From positions 806,001-870,000 of the forward strand of contig AP026127.1 in the NCBI GenBank assembly GCA_030295235.1: a stretch of DNA of 64,000 nucleotides, read 5' to 3'. The translations under genes and the position numbers were made by a program. Under the pieces are notes generated by a model that searched no databases, was not told the DNA's origin, and saw only the letters and a list, made by a program, of their open reading frames with translations. This DNA comes from Fistulifera solaris (lineage: Eukaryota). The first letter of the stretch is position 1, and every line of letters begins with the position of its first letter. This document shows positions 36,224 to 48,024 of this stretch, piece by piece.

Positions 36224-39200
36224 ATGTCCATTTTGTCGAGGACATTGCAGACATTGCTTTACAAATACTTGTTAGATGTCGACGTAGAAGGAGTTGCTTT
36301 GCCTTCGTTATACGAAAACGGCTGGGGAGTTCGCCTTTCGAATGTAAAGCTTCGGGAGGGTATCAAATTGATGGACCTTCCCGGAACGTTTCCGAAGAAG
36401 AGCGACCGCAAGAGAAAGCTCTCGCAGAAGAGTTCTTCAACTAATACAGAGAAAAGGACAGCCAACAACAACGATAGCGAAACAAATGATCATAAAAGTT
36501 CATTTTCTGCTGCCCAAAATGAAATCTCTGATGTGAATGTTGACCCAGAAGACAAAATTCCTGCTGTGGAAACGAGCAGCTCTTGGTTTAGTCGGCTTTA
36601 CTGTCGCTCCACACCGCAAACAGTTACCGTTCCTCAAATACCTGAGCCTATAGAGCCTACTCTTGATCACGTTCATCAGCCGGACGATCTTGCAGATGTT
36701 GCAGAAGCACTGCCGAATGACGAGGAACCGTCTGAAAATACAGAAGCTTCAGATCAAGAAGCAAAATTAGATCCGTCACCTCCTGTTATTCTGCGACTCG
36801 GGAAAGATGGTCATATTGGAGTTTTAGATGTTCGATTAGTTGGAAAAAGTATTCGAGTATTAGTTGAGGACGCATCACTGACGGTGGAAGTAATACAGGC
36901 TCGTATCGACGACGAAGAGGATGCAACAGAAACATCGAAAGCTGAAATCCGAAAAACGCCCAAGGACACGAAACCCCCGTCTACAGTGGGTGAACGAGTT
37001 CTTGCAGAAAACGCCTTGGCTCGCATCTTTTCGGCTATTCCGAATCTGTTTCTAAGGGATATTCGAATACGAGTCATTATTCGAGCAAACGCGACGGTGT
37101 CATCGTCCTCCCCACAGTCGGAAGAAGTGTCCGAGGAAATCGAACCAGATGACACCGTGTTAGATTTTGCAATCGAGTTACTTTCTGTCACTGATGGAGA
37201 AGATTTTCTCTCAAATTTCCGAGCGGCGGCTGACGTGGAATCTGTTTCCGACTACGACGAGAATGAAGATCACACCGAGTCGGTCACAGAAGAAGCTTCC
37301 GATTTCTTTAAGAGCAATCCCAGCAGAGACAGTTTTAACGAGTTTGATGTGAAGCGCATTCGGACAGGTCGCGGTGAAGAAGGTGGCGTAACGATACGAG
37401 TCTATTCTGGTTCTGATATGGCCAATTTCGATAAAAGATACACCGCGCCAGTATGGGCTCGCCAGCAGTTTTTGTCATCGTCAAACTATTACGCATTGCG
37501 TTTATCCGGTGTTGATATCGAGTCTCGAGTGTTTCTGGGCGAGAACAGTGATCTCGCAGCTTCTAATGATGCATACGTCGATGATTTTCGAATGGATTCT
37601 ATGTTATTCAATATCGACTTCATTGCTCCCGCCTCGAAAAAGCCTCTCCCGCCAATCAATTCGAAACACGAATACCTTGAAAAGGACGACCAGACATGGT
37701 CCTTGCCTGGTGCAACGACATTTGTGGCAGATATGAACGGAATACAACGATGTGGCTTGAAAAGTAATTTCCATCGAGTTTCACGAGGCATGGTACCTGT
37801 CCCATGCGGTAGCAATCATCTCCCATGTGAATATTGTTCGAAATGCTGGGTAGAATGTCCGCGAAATCCAACTAGTAAACATTTCTTGGACAATTCTCTT
37901 CCAATGGGTGGATTCGTGATGCATGCTTCAGTTCGTGATCCTCTTGAGATCAATGTTGACCGTCGATTGCTCGAGACCATTGCGATATTGGTCAAAGTGT
38001 TCAAGAAACGAACCTTGCCCGCAGACGTGGAACTGGAGATAGCTGAATCACAGGCATGGGATAAGACTGACACTAGCGAGGTCACTGAATTTTGGGATGT
38101 CGACAACAGCAAATCACAATTGTTTTCGACAAGTTTCCATGATGATAGAGCTCGCTCTAAGATATCAACTCAACGGGGTACCAAGGAGAAAACCAACGGA
38201 ACTAGGAACGACGAGGATGCGTCTACATCTTTAATCCAGGCCGTCGATGAGAACTTAAGATCATCGTTCCCACCTTACATGCAACCAGAAAAAATCCAAA
38301 TTATCGGCCTTCATCTCGGGGAAATAAAGTTTCGAGTCCACATACTCCGTACCGAATCACCCGATCGAAAGTTTACTTTCTGCTATTGGGACCTTAGCTC
38401 AAAATGTCTGACAGCTGACGTACAGCTTCTTACGGCCAGTGAGTGCCCATTCCAAGACACTCGAATTGATATCGGGCAACTGATGGTGATAGAGCATATT
38501 GGTATTCATAGAAAACTTCTCGCAAGCTTGGGAACGCGACATCCAGAAGTCGATCTCGATGAAATGACTGTTCAAACCTTACTTTCCAAGGAAACCGACA
38601 ATTTGCGCCCCCGTGGCCATCAACCGCAGCGATCCTTCTCGATTTACCACCGCCTCTTGAAACAATTCTCTACGAACCAAGAGAAAGACATGGTTTGCAA
38701 CTACGACTTTTAAAGGTTGGAACCTCTCCACATTCAACTTCAAGAATACCAACAAGTCTGAACGTTGCGCTTGGCAGTACTTCCGTAGACGTTCCTTTTG
38801 GAGTCCAAGGCACGGTATCGTCAGTAATAAATATCGCGAAGAATATCGTTATCGGAACTTCAATTGAAGCGGATGGCAAAGATGAAAACGCACCAGCAAG
38901 TTGCGCAACAAGCTCAGCGGAACGTGACGACTCGTTGATCCTCTACAAACTTCATGCTAGTGGAGGGAGAGTTAAAATGCACCCCAGGTTTGATGTCAGC
39001 TTGCCCCTCTCGACAGCATTTGGTGAATGGTCGTCTTTGTCGGGCATTTGCTTGGAAACTGTGCTAAATGGTGCAAGGATAAAATACTCTAATCCGACTT
39101 CTTCGAGAAGAAGTGAAAGTGTCCTCTCCTTGCAAAAATTGGCTGAATTACCGGAGCATGTTCGACTCAGAATACTGCTTTTCCTTCCTGATTTGAAACC

Positions 39201-39468
39201 GATGGAAATAGCACTTGGAATGAAAGCTGCCCCCAACTCCTTCATGCGATGCCGCGCGGTTAATAAAGGATTGGTAAAGATTGCTAGGAGAATGATGACG
39301 AACTCGCTGACTGAGCACGAAGATGACGAGCCTTCAAAAACCGTAAGTCGGCGACAAGAGCTGATGGAAGAATTTATGAAACTTGGAGAATCGGAACTAG
39401 AAGATCTGTACCGAATATACAATCGGCGCCTTAAACAGTCGAGCAGGAACCCTACCCCACGCCGTTGA
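36224..39468 (+). CDS. large protein with Chorein-N/VPS13-like N-terminus (bridge-like lipid-transfer family candidate); frameshift near 38610
   Basis: The N-terminus LQTLLYKYL.DV..EGV.L....GW.V.LSNVKLR resembles Chorein_N. ORFs 36224-38713 and 38695-39468 join through the C-run at ~38608. Confidence 0.55.
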
Positions 39469-39469
39469 G

Positions 39470-40773
39470 TCACCTGCGGTGCGTGTACTCAAATTCGATA
39501 ATGTTCAGTGCCCGCTGAGCCAGTTCGTATGCTACCACAGCAAGATTGGCTTCTGCTAGAGATGCTTCCATTCTCTCTTTCAAGTGCAAGTCCTGATCAT
39601 TTACTAGTTCGTCCAGCATATCGCCAAGGTGAATTAAATCGAATACTTTTTCAGCTGCAGTATACTCGTGGGATAGACTTTGAGTAGGAAGTAGTTTCAC
39701 AATACCTACAAGTATCATAAAGAAGAACGCAGTCACATCTAGACCAACACATCCCCGTAACATAGATTCTTTCGCGTCCCAACCGTAAACAAGTTCCGAA
39801 TTCGATTCTTCCCATTCCTTCAGCTCGGTCTCGACAGACTGTAGTTCATCCCGTATACATTCCCAAACCGAAACTAGATTTGATGAAGTGATCCAATTGT
39901 GGTTTACTGATAGAGTTTCTCCGATATTCTTTACCGTATGAGGCATCATGGCAGGTACAAACACACAATCTCCTGCATGCTGCAGGAGTGTGATGGGATG
40001 AGCTGGGGTAAAGAACGTCCACTCCTTCGTACCAATGACATTGAACGACCACGAAAATGAGTTCAACACATCTGTATGCCGGCCCGTTTGTGATCCATCT
40101 GGTCCCCAGTAGGTAAATCGATAGTCTCCGTTCGAACACAGTAGTTGCATCTGATTCAGCAAATCGCATTCGAAATGAGGCGGAGTCTGATAAAGTGGTT
40201 CCTCATTCGGAAAATTGGTTTCATAATATTTTTGGAAGTGCCAATCTTTCAAATAAAAGTCATCCGACGAGGTATCCAATTTCGCATACCATTCGTTCAG
40301 AGTGAGATGCTCGGTCGCACACTCGTAAGCACGACCTTGATCATCGACGCCAGGCAAAGTGGACGGGTTCGTTCGTTTGACGGGCAAAGATCTTCTTGCC
40401 TCCATCGCTCGGCAAACCACTGCCGCCGCTGTTCCGCATCACTTTCCCACCACTCCATAATGTTTCCAAAGTATCGTTCCGCCCAAATGGGATCTCGAAT
40501 GAGACAAGGACGATTCGTTCGGACGAACTGCTCACGAAATTGGCTCGGGCACGGCATTTCCTGAAGAACAGCAATGCAAGAGGAGGGCGGTAATTGCGGG
40601 AATGACTGCGAATGCTTCCTTCGAAAGGGCTTTTCGTTACGTAGAACTGTATCAGTCGCTGGTAAATGCTTGTCTTTTAATTGAAGTGTACAGAAGTCAA
40701 GTGCTCGACGCATCGAAATTGTATGATCGGAAAGAAATTTCTCTTCCTCATTTTCATTAGTCTCGTCGTCCAT
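39470..40773 (-). CDS. JmjC-domain 2OG-Fe(II) oxygenase, JMJD4-like; frameshift near 40383
   Basis: Motifs FREQFVRTNRPCLI, YLKDWHF, DYRFTYWGPDGSQTGRHTDVLNSFSWSFNVIGTKEW and FVPA..PHTVKN..TLSVNHNW. Confidence 0.88.
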
Positions 40774-41433
40774 CTTTTGAATCCGGTTATTAATGATCGC
40801 TCAACTTCAGCCCCGGCTATGTTAAGCTTTTGCCAATGTAACGATGGATTAATAGTACTTAGTCCCATTTCCAGCGAACCTATAGCTAGTCTAGACTAAT
40901 TGCTTGTATTCTTACGTAGTAGCATGAGAAGAAAATGTTGCGTTTCTTATTGTTTTGTCGCTTGTCGAGCTCGCATGCATCGTTCTCTTGCCCGTCTGTC
41001 GTTTCTTCGTCGTCCTGTTTTGTATAGCTGCATAGTGTCGTCTTGCGGACGTCATACAGTGACTTAACATGATTTCAGTCGCGGAACCTGGGGAGCTGCG
41101 GCGCCGCACACCGCGATCATGGTCACCATGACGGCATAAACTCCACATGCAAGCTGCATCCATGCATTATTCAACACATTTATCATGCTCATAACGACCC
41201 TTCACTTGACATCATAGCTGCGCTACATGGTCGACTCGATTGCGCAATTGTTTCGAAAAAAAGACGCACAAAAACGAGAATCTTTAATTGATTTTTTTAT
41301 GATGAGCAACATTGGCTCATTTCTTGACGAACAAAAAGGTCGTGAAAGGTCATGCCGCATGTGCCTCATCACGAACAATTTATTTGAGGAAAAGAAAATT
41401 TGAATCAATCGCGGTTCTTTGTCACGCGCTGCC

Positions 41434-42165
41434 TTAAGCGATCGAATATTGATAGCGTCGAAGCGAGGTGGACATTTTCATTGGCTTACGCTTGGGAGAT
41501 TTTTCTGGCATCAAGCGGTTGTGAGCTTTGTGCGAATCTTGCTGAGACCCACTTTTTACTGGAAGGGCAAGCGGCCGCGAGTCAGCGCACCAGTTGCTTG
41601 TATCGTGCGGTAAAGGTGATCCTTTTCGCAAAGGGGAGAAAGACCTCAGTGGAGTCCAGCTGGGGGCCCTCGACGATGATTGAGAATGCGACGACCAACG
41701 GCTTGTTTCTGCATCGAGTACAGGTTTCGCTGCTGTCCCTGTTTTGTTCCGAATCGTCGGTGCTGTACCTTCTTCTGATGGCTCGAGAGGATGTTGATTC
41801 ACAGCACCTTTTCGACTGGGCATTTTCGGAGATTCTCTCGGTGTTCGTTCCGCCCAAGAGTCCCAGCGGCTCAATGTACGCTGTTGGTGTGCTTTCGCTT
41901 TAAAACCTTGAGATAAGCAGTGTCCGGGGAACGTCACATTTCTGCGCAAGGATGTAAGGACCGCGTCATCACAACTGTCAGGCGCAGCCCACGACGAAAA
42001 CGAACTAGAACTATAGTGTGACGATGAAACATCGCTAAGCTTTCCCGAACTTTCCAATAAGATCGCTATTGTCTGCATTGGCATGCTTTCGCAGCTCTTA
42101 CTTCGATCGTGTTGTTCAGGCATGGGGTTTGTATCGTCGTTTGGACTGAGGCATTCCAGTTCCAT
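41434..42165 (-). CDS. Ser/Pro/Arg-rich RW-motif protein, paralog 1 of 5
   Basis: Shares SCES..LLESSGKLSD, SRWDSWAERTPRESPKMP and SRWSSHS with neighbouring ORFs. Confidence 0.75.
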   Translation of the reverse strand: MELECLSPNDDTNPMPEQHDRSKSCESMPMQTIAILLESSGKLSDVSSSHYSSSSFSSWAAPDSCDDAVLTSLRRNVTFPGHCLSQGFKAKAHQQRTLSRWDSWAERTPRESPKMPSRKGAVNQHPLEPSEEGTAPTIRNKTGTAAKPVLDAETSRWSSHSQSSSRAPSWTPLRSFSPLRKGSPLPHDTSNWCADSRPLALPVKSGSQQDSHKAHNRLMPEKSPKRKPMKMSTSLRRYQYSIA

Positions 42166-42649
42166 GAGGTCTGTTTGTTTTCGCGTTTTAACGAATTAAT
42201 TCCAGCGTTGTTTGCCTTGGATGCAAACAAGCGATGAAAGAGTGGATAATGGAAGCGACAGGTGAGAGCGAGATGTGAGAGGATGCTTTATGCCTGTGTT
42301 CCATGTTCCATGTGTTTTCGTTCTTATTCGTAGAGTACGTAGTACTTCGATCTTCGATCACCAAGCTATGAGTCTTTGTAGTACTAATGCAAATGCCCAA
42401 TACCCGCCACACTTAGGACCAAAGTCCAAAGTGGCGTCTCGACTTATAGCTTTACAACGTACCCAATAAATCATTTAAGTCCAAGATAAAATTGAAAGCC
42501 TTAAAGAAAATAGAAGGTACAGTGTGTGTGAGCGAGGATTTAACGACTACAGAGTATTTTCTACGTGGAAGTGACATCAAACAGCGGCGACGTGCGGACG
42601 TACAGCGGAGGCGGTCATGGGCAAATGTTAGGGCGCTTTACCAGGTATG

Positions 42650-43090
42650 GTTAGTTCTGGATCTCTCGTCTCTCGTCTCTCTCTCTAACAAAATTAACGA
42701 TTGCCGAATTGGACACGTGACATTGACACGTACCGACTACCGACTATTGAAACATTGAAACTTTAGTTAAAGACTGTGACTACGGACTAAGGACTACGGA
42801 TTACGGATTACGTCAGGGAGAAGGGAGAACCTTAATCTTTATTAAAGCAAGCTGTTCGGGTTCGGGAAGAACACATTCAACGCTTAATGACCAACGGCGA
42901 CAAGTGACAAGTAGAGCGTCTCTTGTCCCCTGCCCCCTGCTCCTTGTTGCTGTTTGTTTTTGGTATCGGTACTCTGCCGTCACTGCCCTATGGTTGCGAC
43001 ACCCATCCTCTTTGACGCTTTCAACGACTACAAATTTATGAAGATAGCAGAAAAATCAAACGTCCATCGTAAATCGTAAAACGTCAAAGA
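42650..43090. repeat. zone of heterogeneous ~7-bp tandem duplications
   Basis: (tctctcg)2+, (taccgac)2, degenerate (gactacg/gattacg)5, (agggaga)2, (gacaagt)2 and (atcgtaa)2. Confidence 0.8.
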
Positions 43091-43638
43091 GTGACCAAAA
43101 TAGTCGATCTATGCAAATCATCTTCTCATTCTCCTTGAAACAATACGTAGTTTGTGACAAAGATTTCATCCGAATGTCGGCAATCATCATCCTCAACGTC
43201 TTTAGATGAAAGAACACGAGGTATGTCTTGTAATTTTTGATCATCCTGTTTGGCTGCTGAGAGCGATTGCAGGAATAATAATCAGATGATGTTAGCTCGG
43301 AACCATATTCCAAGACTGGATTTGGTCCCGAAACGCCCCATCTTCTGTGCTCCCTCCGCCAAAACCATAAGACGACGGTAACGCTAAAACACAGCGCTAA
43401 CCTTTTAACAACATACCGACGACCATAAAAAAAAAGAAATACTCCGTAATAATAATGATTGCTGCTCGACCTTCCCTGGTAGCGACTTTGCAATATTGAA
43501 GCCTACTGTTTTGACAGACAATGAAAGATGTCTTACTTTCTTTTTCAGCGGAACGTGCCCCTTGTCACGACAGAAGCAAGCGCAATTTGGGTTGAATCGG
43601 CAACGCGGCGTTTTGGCCGGACCAATCCACAATGAGTC

Positions 43639-44646
43639 TTATGAACGTTTTATTCTATAAAACGGAGACTCGAGTCTGCGACCGCAGTCGCACTTAATTT
43701 GGCCTTGCAATGTGCGTCGGGAGTAACTATCGACGCGCCGAGCATTGACTTTACCGAATGGAGTTAAATCCTTGATTGATGTACTTTCGGGGTCGTTGTC
43801 TGGCGGCAGGAGTGTGTAAACTTTGCAAGACTGCCACTTTTCACTCGGCAAAGGAATGGTTTTTGAAGCACGAGAAGTATTCGGCTGTAAGTAGTTCGGT
43901 TTGTTCGCGGTCGTAGCATTCGTTTTTCGTGAAGGTGAGGGAGACCTCTGAGTCAAAGTCGGGGCGCATGAAGTTTTAAAAGGCGAAGACCATCGACCCG
44001 TCTTTTCGCTGGATAATGTTTCTCCTGAGATGTCGTTTGTGTTCAGAGTCACAGATGCTTTATTTTCTCTTGCTAGTGCTGTCAAATCATGTCGTCGACT
44101 GGGCTTCTTAGGAGACTCCATTGGTGTTCGCCCTGCCCAAGATTCCCAACGATTTGATACGCGCTGCTGATATATAGGAGAAAAATGGTGGCTCGGAATA
44201 TTCGAGTGTTTGCGCAACGAGGAAAATATTACATTTTCGCAGTCATCAGGAAGAGCGAAGGACGTGAGAGAGTCGAAACCGTAGATTGAAGATGACAAAT
44301 CGCTTAGCTTTCCCGAGCTGTCCAGCAGTGCTGTTATTGTTTGCACCGACAAGCTTTCGCAGCTGTCGACTCGATGAAGCTGTCGTAGCATGCGTTTTTT
44401 TTGTTCAGCAACGATTTTTCGGACTGCTATATTGCTTCGGGGCAACGTCGTATCGTCTGCGAATGATCGCTTGACTTTGTTTTTTTTACCGCTGTCGTTG
44501 TTCGGGACAAGTCGAAAGTATTTGAGAAAATTTGTATCGTTATTTCGAAGGTAGATTATGATGTGTTCTGTTAGTTTCTTCCTCTTAGAGTCAAATGAGA
44601 GCTGACGCCCGACGCAGTCGATTGATTTTCGTAGGTCACAGATCAC
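43639..44646 (-). CDS. Ser/Pro/Arg-rich RW-motif protein, paralog 2 of 5 (start uncertain)
   Basis: HRVDSCESLSVQTITALLDSSGKLSDLSSS, NRWESWAGRTPMESPKKPSRR and GRWSS. Confidence 0.7.
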   Translation of the reverse strand: MICDLRKSIDCVGRQLSFDSKRKKLTEHIIIYLRNNDTNFLKYFRLVPNNDSGKKNKVKRSFADDTTLPRSNIAVRKIVAEQKKRMLRQLHRVDSCESLSVQTITALLDSSGKLSDLSSSIYGFDSLTSFALPDDCENVIFSSLRKHSNIPSHHFSPIYQQRVSNRWESWAGRTPMESPKKPSRRHDLTALARENKASVTLNTNDISGETLSSEKTGRWSSPFKTSCAPTLTQRSPSPSRKTNATTANKPNYLQPNTSRASKTIPLPSEKWQSCKVYTLLPPDNDPESTSIKDLTPFGKVNARRVDSYSRRTLQGQIKCDCGRRLESPFYRIKRS

Positions 44647-44679
44647 AGAAGATGATAAATTTTTGTGAGATGTACTGTC

Positions 44680-45020
44680 TTCCTACTTGAAACTTGAAAC
44701 TGTTTTTCGATGTGCGATCTATTGTAGGGAATTCGACATTCGACAATGTTTGACTCTTATCGTCGTCAAAATTCCCTACAATTTACAGGTCATCGTCGTC
44801 GTCGGAGCCACATCCCACCATCATTTTTTACTCTCGATTTCCAACAACAACACCATCGTCGAAAAGGCTGAAGGTGTAATGGTGTACTTGTAAGCCTCCC
44901 GTCTCCCGTCTCCCGTCTCCCGTCTCAACTTTTTTGCGGTAAAGGCGTCACAAAAACGAAGAAACTCAAGACCGCCGCATTGGGTTTGGACTTAAGATCT
45001 AAGACTGACTAAGATCAAGA
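44680..45020. repeat. zone of ~7-bp tandem duplications
   Basis: (cttgaaa)2, (ctcccgt)4 near 44896-44925, and taagatctaagact-type degenerate repeats. Confidence 0.75.
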
Positions 45021-45353
45021 CTTTAAGCTGAAACCAGCTTTGTTCTCTGTTTCGGATTTTTTTCGTTTGGGATAGCACCCTCGAAATTGATTAGGGTTCG
45101 AGGGCTACGGGAAGCCATGAAAACCAAATGAGGTAGGCGTAGGCAAGACAAGACCTAAGCACTACCGGTACCAGGTACACGTAACCAAATTAGAGAGTCT
45201 TCACCAGCCTGACGTGCGAGCGTTGGAGTAACACTGGTGCCCATGCATTTATGCTAGGTCCCGATGAACAGCTAACTAAGCTTGGGGCCAATTCTCTTTT
45301 CACGCCGTAAGAAATATTAGTGTTTACAATATAATTATTACAGCTTGAATTGG

Positions 45354-46082
45354 TTAGCTGTCATGGGAAGAACACCATGGGATGGAAAAATTGTGCGACA
45401 TTGCCGAAGACGATCGCGAGTCGCATGTACTACAGGTGAGGTTTGATCCTTTGAATGAAACGTCGGTTAGAGGCATTTCACGACCACACACTTTCTCGGT
45501 TCGTTGTTCGTCTTGTTCTGTGTTCGAGTGATTCCGCTTTGGTGACAAAGTCCTTCGAGGAGACGAAGTAAGTGTACGAGACGATTCTGAATGCGAAAAC
45601 CACCGACTATTCTCTTTGACGAGAAGCCGCCTTCTTGGCCCTTCAACTCCCGTCGAGGGCGTCGATATAGTTATTTCCCGAGGAAACTCAACTTTCGCCA
45701 CAATATCTCTTCGTTTTGGCTTCTTTGGCGACTCTTTAGGCGTGCGCTCGGCCCAAGAGTCCCATCGGTTCATTTCCATGGCTCTTGACCTTGAAGATAA
45801 ATGGTGTTCCGGTGACAAAGAGCTTATCCGTGAAGTAACTGATTCATTATCACTGCTCTCGGGCGCGAGCGAAGTCGAAGACGATGTTAGACTGCAGAGT
45901 GACGATGATAAATCGCTTAATCTTCCCGAGCTGTCCAGATTTGTTGCTATTTTTTGAGTCGACAAGCTTTTACAACTCTCAACTCTGATTATTTGTATTG
46001 ACGGTTGACCTTGTCTTGACTTCCGAGCCAACATGATCCTACGGATCGGCATCGTTTCATGAATGAGTAATCTGCCAACCAT
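45354..46082 (-). CDS. Ser/Pro/Arg-rich RW-motif protein, paralog 3 of 5
   Basis: RVESCKSLSTQKIATNLDSSGRLSDLSSS, NRWDSWAERTPKESPKKPKRR, SRWFSHS..SPRR and C-terminal NFSIPWC. Confidence 0.75.
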   Translation of the reverse strand: MVGRLLIHETMPIRRIMLARKSRQGQPSIQIIRVESCKSLSTQKIATNLDSSGRLSDLSSSLCSLTSSSTSLAPESSDNESVTSRISSLSPEHHLSSRSRAMEMNRWDSWAERTPKESPKKPKRRDIVAKVEFPREITISTPSTGVEGPRRRLLVKENSRWFSHSESSRTLTSSPRRTLSPKRNHSNTEQDEQRTEKVCGREMPLTDVSFKGSNLTCSTCDSRSSSAMSHNFSIPWCSSHDS

Positions 46083-46399
46083 TCTGATACCTGATGATAT
46101 GATTAGCTTGGTAGAAGCGACGATCGAATAATAAAAATGGAGGAGTCAACCGATGGAGCAAAGAAGCAAAATTTCGACAAAGAACAGGTGTTTGGTGTTT
46201 CTCGTTCTTGCAATCCCTACTCGGTTGACTGCTCTATGCTCTATACAATCCTTTATGTAGTAAGTCTGTGCAGAACTCCAGACGCTTGATAAACAATCTA
46301 CGTAAGGAGAGAGGGGGAATTAATCGCGAATCGCGCGCACGAGGCTCCGCCCTCCGCCCCCAAGTGTAATTTATCCGGGGAAGGTGGAAATGTAGAGAT

Positions 46400-47900
46400 A
46401 AAAGATAAAAGAGACTATAGAAATTAGCAAGCAGTAATCGCAGTAGTCGGCTTCTTGTCTTATAATTCTTTGTTTTGTTCTTCGTTCTTGGCCTCGGCGT
46501 CGGCACTCGGCACACGGCACTCCGCACTCGGCACTTGGCACTTGGCACTCAGAACTCAGAACTCTATTAGAACTCACAATTCACAATTCTTTCACAACTC
46601 ACAACTCACAACGCAACACATAACACATAACAGGGCAAACAACAAACAACGGAAAGAAAAGACAAAAATGGTCTTAAGCCCGTACGAATGTACTCCGAAA
46701 TGTGTAAGTGTAAGGCTATTCGGAGTTCGGAGTTGCTTGTTGCTTGTTGCATAGTCAATTGCCAATTTCCAGTTTCCAGTTTGCAGTTGCCCGTGCAACG
46801 TGCAATAACTAATGAGCAAGACGCGAGACAGATGCGAGCTTTATTCATTTTCATTTTCGGGGTGAAGTACTCTAAGTTCTAAGTACACAGTACACAATCT
46901 CCAAATCACAATTCACAATTCACTCGAAGGCTCGATGGTCGAAGGTCGAAGGTCGAAGGGTCATTTTTATTTGGTCATTGAGAAGACGACTCCTTTACTC
47001 TTTACTCTCAACTATTTTGCAAATTCCCCTAGAAAATGTCTTGCATCTTGCATCTTTCATCTTCTCTCCTCTCCTCTCTCTTCTCTCTTGCATTTTGCCT
47101 TGCCCTCTTGCTCTTGCCTCCTGCTCCTTTCTCTTAGAACTAAACTAGTAGGGCTACGCCCTTTGAGTATCATAGTCTTGCTAGCACCCAAAATGTAAGG
47201 AACTCTTGCAAGAGCAAGAGACAAGAGAAGAGAGAAGACGATGATGATTACTCCGTATCATGTATCATCTAACATCTAACTACGGACTCTAGAGTAGTGA
47301 CTTTTCAACCTCTAGATACTTTATTGCCTCGACCTCTCTCTAGACTCTAGACTAGAGAGAGAGACTGTGAAAAGTAAAGAATACTCCCGACTCCCGACCC
47401 CAAGCGAGGGAGGGCGAGGTACGGTACCAGGTTGCAGCTTGCAGGTCGCGGAGCTTAGCCTCGCGTCGGCGGAACAAAATAATGTGATGATTAGTTTAGG
47501 GTTCCTTACAAATTATTACACTGTAACCTTTTCGGCTCGGTCAACAAGTCGGAATACTCCAAGCTCCAAGAGTCTCAAATAGTTACAGCTTACAACCAAG
47601 GATGAACTCGAGGCTATAAAACTATACAAAGTACAAAGTACAAAATAGCTTTTACCACTCATCATCCATCATCCACCACCCGTCATCAAGAACAACTGCG
47701 TAAGGTTACGTGATGAGGAAGGAGGAAGTTACTTGTACAAGTACAAGTACCCGGTGCGGCGAACAATTGCCAAAAGACGATAGACTAGTCTATTGACAGA
47801 CGCCAAACGTCATGATTCATGATTTGATTAACTCCGTGAAATGTACGTAGGTCGTGATGTGGTTTTGTGTCATGTGCTTACGGCTTACGGTGACAAGACA
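46400..47900. repeat. large divergent intergenic zone saturated with different ~7-bp tandem duplications
   Basis: A ggcactc-type run of ~7 grading into (cagaact)2, plus (tcggagt)2, (ttgcttg)2, (tttccag)2, (gtacaca)2, (cacaatt)2, (ggtcgaa)3, (tcttgca)2, (gtatcat)2, (atctaac)2, (ctctaga)2, (ctcccga)2, (ctccaag)2, (tacaaag)3, (catcatc)2, (catgatt)2 and (gcttacg)2. Confidence 0.92.
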
Positions 47901-48024
47901 CTCTTCTAATCCGGTACTTGTATGCCTCTAGAGGCAAACAGGGTTCGAACTACGAAACATGTTTTGAAGCGCGAACTCTCAAATTGTCAAGTGCGGTGCG
48001 GAACACGAGAGATGATATCGGCGT

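Noticed and set aside
43405..43632. Possible decayed 3' extension of RW paralog 2 (faint resemblance to the SIAT.STRE..YSIPW tail)
   Set aside because: It requires several frameshifts and the similarity is too weak to support by eye.
46234..47582. Short ORFs in the heptamer-stutter zone
   Set aside because: Low-complexity by-products of 7-bp duplications, which would not preserve a reading frame.
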